A stretch of DNA of 49,489 bases from an uncultured bacterium (GTDB lineage Bacteria > Krumholzibacteriota > Krumholzibacteriia > Krumholzibacteriales > Krumholzibacteriaceae): assembly GCA_965370495.1 (NCBI GenBank), contig CBDUUV010000003.1, positions 1-49,489 on the forward strand, written 5' to 3'. Position 1 is the first letter of the stretch. Each line of letters begins with the position of its first letter. Below the pieces are notes generated by a model. The model searched no databases. It was not told the DNA's origin and saw only the letters and a program-made list of their open reading frames with translations. Below, in pieces: positions 20,101-27,138 of the stretch. Position numbers and translations under genes: made by a program.

Positions 20101-21110
20101 GCGCTGTCGTAACGGTTCCCGAATGAAGTAGATACAGCATCGAGAACGGTTGTGTATTCACCAAGAGGCTGGCCGGGCGGTATTGTTATCCTTACTTCCG
20201 CCGTAATCGTAGATCCGGCCGGTATCGAGGGCGTCGTCCACGGAAAAGTATAATCGGTCCCATTGAAATCGATCACGATATTCCAGCCGGCGGGGGGTAA
20301 AACGGATAAGGTGTAGGAGTCGACATCGAGACTTTCGTTCTCGATATCGATGTGGTAGGACACCGTTTCACCCGCCTCGCCGCTGAAAATGGATGTTCCG
20401 CCGTTTCCGGTTCCGGGGGCGCCGAATCGGTCGTCACCGTCCCCATCTACAGCAAGATCGACAAACCTTGTACATACAAGCGACACATCATCGACAAACG
20501 CCCATGTCGCGAAAAGATTGTCATATGTGTTTTCCTGCCGGAAATGTACCCGGACAGTCTGGCCCGCCCACGCGGACATATCATATCCAGCGGGGCCGAC
20601 GCCATCGTCATCTATCCATCCACTGTCCTTGAACTGGGTACCCTCTTCGGAGAATGAAAAGTTGACGATAGTGGCCAGTACAGCGCTGGAACTGTTTCTG
20701 ACAGTCACTATGAAGGGGTCGTAACCAGCGCCATCATACCCCTGCTGCCGGAACCTGAAGTAAAGGACGGCACTGGAAATGTCGGCAGGAATTGTCACAT
20801 CGTGATACATGAAACCATTCCGGTTTTTGTGCTGTATCGTATATTTGAATCCCAGCAGCGCTGAATAATTCCCGCTGAAAGGCATATCCAGGGCCACCGC
20901 GTGATCGGCCCATCCCGGGTTGGTGACACCAAAACTGTTAGCCCCGTTATGAACCCAGTAGCTTCCAAAACTTCCCGTTTCGAACGAGCCGTTATCTATA
21001 AATTCGGCAGCATCGGCTGGCGCCGCCCCACCGGCAGCTGACACCAGCAACAGAAAAAGCAGGGCTATCCGGGCCGTCCAGTTACTATTTCTATTTCTCG
21101 AAGAAATCAT
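17112..21110 (-). CDS. Large secreted DUF11 adhesin (N-terminal jelly-roll-like domain, six Ig-like repeats, SdrD-B-like domain, truncated C-terminal DUF11); putative filament tip
   Basis: Signal peptide, then AEFIDNGSFETG; six D-L-x-I-D-G-x-G repeats; GRVFNDSDHDGVFDTGE; LRLVKDVD..PGDIVTYTIVFTNPG..IIDPV; ends YRVRIR. Confidence 0.8.
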   Translation of the reverse strand: MISSRNRNSNWTARIALLFLLLVSAAGGAAPADAAEFIDNGSFETGSFGSYWVHNGANSFGVTNPGWADHAVALDMPFSGNYSALLGFKYTIQHKNRNGFMYHDVTIPADISSAVLYFRFRQQGYDGAGYDPFIVTVRNSSSAVLATIVNFSFSEEGTQFKDSGWIDDDGVGPAGYDMSAWAGQTVRVHFRQENTYDNLFATWAFVDDVSLVCTRFVDLAVDGDGDDRFGAPGTGNGGTSIFSGEAGETVSYHIDIENESLDVDSYTLSVLPPAGWNIVIDFNGTDYTFPWTTPSIPAGSTITAEVRITIPPGQPLGEYTTVLDAVSTSFGNRYDSATLGTNVVPADHLADLAIDSNGFGVIDASGGGGISYRSGPADTTLGFSIELMNSGVMYDSFMIWFEPAYPLTAVVTEGAVEHAGAFVTSGINPGSTELFTLTVTVPPSVPGGDYETIVYAKSLIDTLRKDAVTAVARVLAPKIDMIIASSGNDIIDPTSAGLGGNSTISGERGNTVFFPLIIQNEGGVADSFRLDWDSPGGGWSAVINDGSADHAFPWTTSGFDPFSESWYTLAITIPGNASYNTYVSILDAVSRSDGNISESVTAGISVASGNETDLLIDGNGDDTYGSIGTGLGGSSIINANPGDTVFFDITLQNQAGGNTFDLEWSTPPGWEVLIGDSTSSFSGVSAGDYILEVRIPGTCTGGTFDVILDGMKTNKRYYVDSVTGRILVSYPRIVDALIDGSGDEVFGAIGTGAGGSSSQSTIGGRIINFTIELQNQGTEPESYIIDWAPLAGWVAFFDGQAVPCTTSVVPGGGSGFHVFAVTIPLSAAEGDYSYIIDVISVVDSTNTESVTADIHINPPPLADLVIDGEGAFDTAPAGSGEGGRAVIFGDPGSVVTASLEIVNRGGFPDSFQISWQEPVGWPAGSVLLSDGVSDFVSPHVTSLIGPGNALTFTVRVAVPAGALLRTALIIDGFAMSMDIEDSVLLEVVTAAFIAGRVFNDSDHDGVFDTGEAGLSGVSITLTDPVIPFATSTNGGGKYLFMIPAGVLRNVMELTPGGMVSISPDTVSTGMTSAGDTIHIDFADVPVSSIAPEGSASGPAGGFIELSHTITAGTAGQASVSAALSAGWVDVWYRDVNGDGRLDGSDTRLTSADLDLDPDVPGRDFVPVIMRVFVPSHVAAGTIGSAVVTLMQTLGGTAIVTSSLVTDNLVVLATASGVLRLVKDVDLEQARPGDIVTYTIVFTNPGAEGVREIEIIDPVSPAVELVTDAFGPGNDVEWVRSGVSIYLTADPADADELMYDASDGALRLVLSRQAPFILGSGEEGAIIYRVRIR

Positions 21111-21179
21111 CTGTCGTCTCTTTCCTGCTGCTGCCGGGGAAGCGGCCTTCCGTGGCCAGACATCCGCTTCCGCGAGTCA

Positions 21180-24100
21180 CTACCTCCCGGCATGAAAATA
21201 ATCCAGTATCCTCTCGTTGAACTTCATTTTCATCCCTATATGGAATCCATTTCTTTCGAAATCGTTTATCCCGGCATCCGCGTCCCTGTGTCCTCCGAAG
21301 TCATACCCGCACCCCACCCATATATTCTTTGCCACTATCTTTCCGAGTTCGAGCCCTCCTCCGTAGCGAAGTGTCGCTGTTTCGCGCTGCTGGACAATCC
21401 TCGCGGCCAGTGAAATATCCCATTCTCCCCGGAAGGTCCTGATCACCTGGGCCTGGTAGAGAAAACTCGACGTGCCGACCGTGTATGCCTTGAAGGTGTT
21501 CCGGACCCATCTCCCGGCTATCTTTCCCTCGACTTCCCAGAGGGAACCGAGCTTATAACCGGCCTCGGTCATAATCATAAGGTCCTTGTCGACCGCTCCC
21601 GGATGAGCCGGGCTGTTCTTCTCGTAATTCGTCTTCATAAGAGAAAATACCGTCAAGGGCCCCGCCTCCAACGGACGGAACGATGTCCCCAGCACAGAGC
21701 TTCCCTTGACACGGTCGAACCCGTCATACTCGTTCGAATACCACATGTCCCCCTTGAGCAGCCCTGACCAGCATCTGCTCAGCCTCTTGAGCCCGGCGAG
21801 CCCCACCAGGTGCTTGCATCTGTCAGACTCGATACGGATTTCATAATTACCCTTGATTTTGTACAGACTTTTGCCGGGAGTATAGAGCCAGCCTGTCGAA
21901 AAGGCGGTATAATCGTCGCCTGCCATCCCGCTGACGGTCGCGAGCTTTTCGGCGGTAAATGTCGATGTCAGGGCGTCATTCACCCTGAATCTGTTTTTGA
22001 GCCCCATAACAGCCTGGCCGCGTTCCCCGGACATAGCACCTTCCATCCGGTACCTGGAATAAAGGTTGAGGTTCTCGCTTACTCGTGACTCCAACCCCAG
22101 TTGTGTCAGGTGTCTCGTTCCGGTGCGTGTACCGGTGCGGTACTCGTGCTTGAGTGTTCCGCTGATATTCTTCCAGAACCTGCGGGAGAGACTGGCCTGT
22201 ATTCTGTTCGGGTATTCCTCCACTTCCTCACCGGCAATGATCTGGTCGAACTGCAATTCGCCTTTTACCGGGCCTTTTTCGAATCCCACCGCGCCCAGGA
22301 TCATTGCGGCTGAATGGCTGCCGCTATCCGTAACGCTGTACGATGCCGCCCCAAGGCCCGCCCTGCCTGTCAACCAGCCCGACTTGTAAAGGCCGCAGAG
22401 ATCAAAGTATTTCTTCTCTTCATTCCTCTCCCTGAAGAAATGGCTGAATGCTTTCGTGGCGATCGCGTACCTGCTGTTGATCATCCAACCCAGATCCATG
22501 CCGAGCTTCCTGCTTCCAAGCTCCGTCTTCCCCCCGGTAAATCCCGGGTTGAAGAAACCGGCATCTATATCGCGGTAGTATGTATTCCATTTGATCTTTG
22601 AGCCATGACGCCCCATCAGCTTCAATCTGAACGCCTCTCCGTCACCGAGCAGAAACTTGTCGCTTCGCGCGTACTCCGTCTCTATGGAGAGGCCCCTGTA
22701 AATATGTCCTGAAAGGTCTACCCCCATGATCGACGAACTCCCCGCGCCTTCCTCCTCGATGATTACAGTCGCCCCGACCCGCAGGCTGTCCGTGACCTCG
22801 AATGAGGACCTGACACCGTAGATAAAATTGACTTCCCCGGAATCGCGGCACTCATAGCTCACCACGATCGTGACAGGATTGAGGTTCTCGTCATGCGCGG
22901 CGACCGGTTCCTTGAACAGGATGCTCCCATCCAGATAATTGATATCGTAATCTCGCCCATATTGCTTGTCATCGACCCGTATGATATTTTCCGTCCTGTA
23001 TCGGTCCCTGATCTCCACACGGATCTTTTCGCTGTGCTCTATCAGGGGGAAATGTTTGAGGAAATAGAACCCGCTCGTTCCATCGGCCGGCATATCTTCC
23101 TGGTATGTAACCTGATCGGTCCTCGTGATGAATGATTTCAGATTCGTCCGGCTGAATCTCGCCTCCCCCTTTATACCATTGAAAGTCCTGTTATATTTTG
23201 TAAATTCCATTTCGCCCAGATCGGTTTGAAAATCTCCGAACATGGCATTGTAGCGCCTGTGGTCCAGCCTCAGGTAAGTTCCGCTTCTCGAAGCGGAGTT
23301 GAATTTCAGATCGCTCGCGTCTCCATATACGGGGTAATGTTTCTCCGGCTCTATCCTGCCGAGAAGTTTGTCTTCGCGATATGGGCGTGTATCGACTGCA
23401 ATTGTCATCAGGTGTCCGTCCGAAACCTCCCCCTGGCCGTACAGAGAGATCTTTCCTTCGGCAAACAATCCATCATAATGTTTTTCGCCGGAGCGGCGAA
23501 CCGGGCCCGCGCCGGTCAGGTCACTGTAGCCCGCGGCAGCTTCACCGTAACCGAACAGGAACCATTCGCGCATCGGTGATTCGTACGCCACCCGGCAAAT
23601 ACTCGTTAATCCATTGAGGTCTACGGTAATCCTTTCCCGCATCGGATTTCTCGAAGGTGGGAGGTGAAGTTCGATCTTCCCATCCCTCGTCGCGAGCTGA
23701 GTACCGGACTGGTGCGGATTAACATCGAGCCCGCCAAGCAGGTCTTTTGGCCCTGTGACGGTGACAAAAATCCCGTCTCGCACCGGGAGACCGTTCCTGT
23801 CATTTACGAGAAACAGTATCTCCGGCGATGACTTGCCGTCGGCCGGCACGGAAACAGCTTCCCTCTCGGCGACGATACCGGCAGGATTGCCGACAAGGTA
23901 TACATGCCTGACACACACATTCCTCTCGCCCCGGTTGCGGCAGACAACGAGGATATCATTTCGCCCGACATCGATCCTGACATCGCAGAAAATCACTCCC
24001 AGTGTGTTGGCACGCGTGTCGGTACGTTTCTGGCCGAGTTTCTCCCTTCCTACCGGGATGTTATTCACATAGAGTTCCACACTCGCCGTAAGCGGAGAAA

Positions 24101-27065
24101 TGACCTCTATATCTATTTTGTCGCGCAGAGTAAAAACATGCCCTTCCTCAGGCATCACGATCCTGGAACAGATTCCCGCGTCATCGGCCAGCGAAAATTT
24201 CTTTTCCGTTGTATCGGGCATACTGAGCACCTCCGGCAGATTCGGATCTCCGCTCGCGTAATCCTCCGGAGGGATAATCTTGATCGTGACACGCCTGTTC
24301 AGCGATCTTCCTTCTTTCGTGTTATTAGACGCTATGGGGAACCTCGACCCGACACCCGTGTAATCCATCTTTTTCTCGGGAATACCATTCATTCTCAGAA
24401 GCTGGAAGACAGAGCGGGCACGGTAGAGTGAAAGCTCGAAATTGGATGGAAATTCCATCGTATTGATCGGAATATTATCAGTATGGCCCGTTATCACGAC
24501 CTTCCACCCGGGATTCTCCATAATCCAGAGACTGAGCATGGCGACTTCCCTGATCGGGATCTCCTGGAGTATCGCGCTGCCCGGGCCGAAGTGCGTGCTC
24601 GGGATAGTAAGAGCTTTGTATCCGTCGAGATCTTCATCTCCGGATAGAGTTGTTTCGCTTTCATCCTCTCCCGTGCCGATCGAATCACTTCTGTCTGTTT
24701 TATCGACGGCAGCGCCGGGCCGCCCCGAAAGTCCCTTCCCGGGCTGACCCGGACCGCTTTCCATTCTGACAACCCCGGCGCTGCTTATATCTCCAGAGCG
24801 GGCGGGAACCGCAGCTTTTCCTCTGATAGCGGCAGAGGTATCCCTCGATAGTTTTCCAACAGAAAACTGAAGGGGAAAATCGACCCGGCGGTTGCCCGAT
24901 GGAGCAAGTTCCACGAGATATTCTCCAGCTACCCCGAGCCCGAAGTAACCGGCTTTTCCAGCTTCCAGAGAATCGGGGAGCGTCTTTGGATCTATCCTCA
25001 GTACATGTGTTCCTTCCACCGTACCCGGGATCGAATATAATCCTGTTGAATCCGTAACCGCGTACGTACCGTTCTCCAGAAAAACCGACACCCCTATGAC
25101 CCCTCCTTCTCCCCTGCCGCGGATACCGTTGCCGTCTTCATCGAAAAACACGCTGCCGAAAAGGATCCCCTTGCGCGAGAAAATACCTTCGATAATCCTG
25201 ATCGACGCGACCGCCGGGCCGTCCGATGTCTTTTCACCAAGTGAAGAAATGCCGTATACCCACGCCCTGCTGACGAGTTCGCCGCGTTCCTGCCCGGCCT
25301 TGACCACTGCCCTGTAAATAACCTGTCGTTTTTCACCGGGCCCCAGAGTACCTATATCCCATTGCAGGGTGTTACCGCTTATCCGTGGCTTATCGCTTCC
25401 GCCGGCAAACCCGAGGCCGGGGGCCAGGCTCTCGACAAGCAGGATACTGTCTACAGTCGTCTCTTCCGTAAGATTCTCGATCGTAACGATATAGCTGAGG
25501 ATGTCACCTGTCATCGCGTTGGGTTCCCTGATCGACTGCTTGACCGAGAGGAGAGGAATGTCCGCCTTGACCAGCACATCGCTCACAGGGTCCCATGACT
25601 GGTTGTCGACAAGCGATCGGGCATGCAGGATGAACTCAAATTCCCTGCCGTCGAATGCGCGGAAACTCTCGGGGGTCGAACGGATTCTCAAGCCTGCGAT
25701 CACCGCATCGCCCTGCCTCAAAGCCCCGATACCCGCGATGAAAGGCGAATAGTGCCCAAACGGCACCCCGGACTCATTTACAAATTCTACATCCCAGCCG
25801 GCTGGAATGGCCGTCGAATCGGCGAGTATTATCTGCACCGTATCCGTGTAGTTTCCGGCATTGAGGATTTCGTGCCAGAAAGTGCATGTCGTATCGCTGC
25901 CGCTGAGGGTAAGGACAACGCGGTCACCGGCGCTTCCCTGGCCTGCCGGGTCGCCTCGCGGTCCGATCAACAACGCGCTTACAGCACCTACGTGAACCTC
26001 TATCTCGTTCGAACTGAGACTGTAGGGCTGCGCGTCCCCGCCTGTGTAGCTGGCGGCCGCCGTATTGAAGATACTCCCCGTGCCATGGCCGGCATCGATC
26101 CGGACAGCGAACGAAAGATAGCCGTCGGCGCCGGCTGTGAGGGTCTCGATGTATTGACGGACACCTTTGATCCTCTCTGCCGGCGGCGCGACCTCTACCC
26201 AATCGAAAACGTCTATGTCAAAATACTCGACCTGGCCCGGGAACGAAGCGATAACGGAGCCTGCTACAAATTCGGTTCCATCGCTCATACCGGAATAATC
26301 CACAAAATCGGTTACCACCACATCCGTAGCCGCACGTTCCCCCGGGTTGGAATAGCGGATGGTATAGATCAGGATCTCTCCGGGCATTACCTCTGCCCGG
26401 TCCGATTCGATGATCAGTGATACGCTGGCTTCGTCCCGGGCTATCACACGGGCGATATTCCCGCTGTCCACAAGCGACGTGTCACTCATCGAGCGTGCCG
26501 TAAGATCGATATGCGCTATCTCTCCTCCCGTAAGCCCCGGCGGCAGCCGGGCAGAAAGAACGAGCGATGCGGTCTCACCCGGTATCAGCGGGCCGACCAG
26601 GGTAACGATCTCTTCACCGGGATCGATGAAGCCATCGCCATCCTGATCCAGATAGACAGCCATATCGGATGGAACAAAATCAGAAGGAGAAACAGGAAAG
26701 GATGAAAGCTCAAAGGTGTCATCTTCGTTTCCGGTATTTTCGAGAGTGTAATGGAAAGATACCGTTTCCCCGCTGAACGCCGAGCCGGTCAGGGCAGGAG
26801 TCTCAGTGCTGCCGTCGGGCAGTATCATCGGACCAAAAACAGGCAGGACGCTCAGGGTTACTGTATTGGAATATGCCGCCAGATCGTTGCCATTCAAGCG
26901 GTAGGAAGCTTCCGACTGGCTGGTAATAACACTTCCGGCATTCGGGATCACAGCAGAGGCGGGCGCGGCGAGAAACACAAAGAGCAGAAAGAGGCACACC
27001 GGTAGCGTGAACCTCTCTCTGCTATCTCCTGAGAGAATTACCTTGTGTAAAATTTCTCTTTTCAC
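21180..27065 (-). CDS. DUF11 + SdrD-B-like + OmpA-like domain + C-terminal outer-membrane beta-barrel; putative anchor/secretion pore
   Basis: Signal peptide; DUF11 motifs; FFDEDGNG; OmpA motif ITGHTDN..NFELSLYRA..NRRV; roughly 790-aa C-terminal region of amphipathic strands. Confidence 0.85.
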   Translation of the reverse strand: MKREILHKVILSGDSRERFTLPVCLFLLFVFLAAPASAVIPNAGSVITSQSEASYRLNGNDLAAYSNTVTLSVLPVFGPMILPDGSTETPALTGSAFSGETVSFHYTLENTGNEDDTFELSSFPVSPSDFVPSDMAVYLDQDGDGFIDPGEEIVTLVGPLIPGETASLVLSARLPPGLTGGEIAHIDLTARSMSDTSLVDSGNIARVIARDEASVSLIIESDRAEVMPGEILIYTIRYSNPGERAATDVVVTDFVDYSGMSDGTEFVAGSVIASFPGQVEYFDIDVFDWVEVAPPAERIKGVRQYIETLTAGADGYLSFAVRIDAGHGTGSIFNTAAASYTGGDAQPYSLSSNEIEVHVGAVSALLIGPRGDPAGQGSAGDRVVLTLSGSDTTCTFWHEILNAGNYTDTVQIILADSTAIPAGWDVEFVNESGVPFGHYSPFIAGIGALRQGDAVIAGLRIRSTPESFRAFDGREFEFILHARSLVDNQSWDPVSDVLVKADIPLLSVKQSIREPNAMTGDILSYIVTIENLTEETTVDSILLVESLAPGLGFAGGSDKPRISGNTLQWDIGTLGPGEKRQVIYRAVVKAGQERGELVSRAWVYGISSLGEKTSDGPAVASIRIIEGIFSRKGILFGSVFFDEDGNGIRGRGEGGVIGVSVFLENGTYAVTDSTGLYSIPGTVEGTHVLRIDPKTLPDSLEAGKAGYFGLGVAGEYLVELAPSGNRRVDFPLQFSVGKLSRDTSAAIRGKAAVPARSGDISSAGVVRMESGPGQPGKGLSGRPGAAVDKTDRSDSIGTGEDESETTLSGDEDLDGYKALTIPSTHFGPGSAILQEIPIREVAMLSLWIMENPGWKVVITGHTDNIPINTMEFPSNFELSLYRARSVFQLLRMNGIPEKKMDYTGVGSRFPIASNNTKEGRSLNRRVTIKIIPPEDYASGDPNLPEVLSMPDTTEKKFSLADDAGICSRIVMPEEGHVFTLRDKIDIEVISPLTASVELYVNNIPVGREKLGQKRTDTRANTLGVIFCDVRIDVGRNDILVVCRNRGERNVCVRHVYLVGNPAGIVAEREAVSVPADGKSSPEILFLVNDRNGLPVRDGIFVTVTGPKDLLGGLDVNPHQSGTQLATRDGKIELHLPPSRNPMRERITVDLNGLTSICRVAYESPMREWFLFGYGEAAAGYSDLTGAGPVRRSGEKHYDGLFAEGKISLYGQGEVSDGHLMTIAVDTRPYREDKLLGRIEPEKHYPVYGDASDLKFNSASRSGTYLRLDHRRYNAMFGDFQTDLGEMEFTKYNRTFNGIKGEARFSRTNLKSFITRTDQVTYQEDMPADGTSGFYFLKHFPLIEHSEKIRVEIRDRYRTENIIRVDDKQYGRDYDINYLDGSILFKEPVAAHDENLNPVTIVVSYECRDSGEVNFIYGVRSSFEVTDSLRVGATVIIEEEGAGSSSIMGVDLSGHIYRGLSIETEYARSDKFLLGDGEAFRLKLMGRHGSKIKWNTYYRDIDAGFFNPGFTGGKTELGSRKLGMDLGWMINSRYAIATKAFSHFFRERNEEKKYFDLCGLYKSGWLTGRAGLGAASYSVTDSGSHSAAMILGAVGFEKGPVKGELQFDQIIAGEEVEEYPNRIQASLSRRFWKNISGTLKHEYRTGTRTGTRHLTQLGLESRVSENLNLYSRYRMEGAMSGERGQAVMGLKNRFRVNDALTSTFTAEKLATVSGMAGDDYTAFSTGWLYTPGKSLYKIKGNYEIRIESDRCKHLVGLAGLKRLSRCWSGLLKGDMWYSNEYDGFDRVKGSSVLGTSFRPLEAGPLTVFSLMKTNYEKNSPAHPGAVDKDLMIMTEAGYKLGSLWEVEGKIAGRWVRNTFKAYTVGTSSFLYQAQVIRTFRGEWDISLAARIVQQRETATLRYGGGLELGKIVAKNIWVGCGYDFGGHRDADAGINDFERNGFHIGMKMKFNERILDYFHAGR

Positions 27066-27093
27066 GGCGCCGCCTCGCCGGATCCATAATTAT

Positions 27094-27126
27094 GCGGCGG
27101 GGAGGGAACAAGCCCTGCCCCACCGC
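27094..27126 (-). terminator. Strong intra-operon stem-loop directly after the 900-aa gene (partial terminator or mRNA stabiliser)
   Basis: Minus strand GCGGTGGGG-C-AGGG-CTTGTT-CCCT-CCCCGCCGC, followed by ATAATTAT rather than a full U-tract. Confidence 0.6.
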
Positions 27127-27138
27127 GTGAATTTATTT

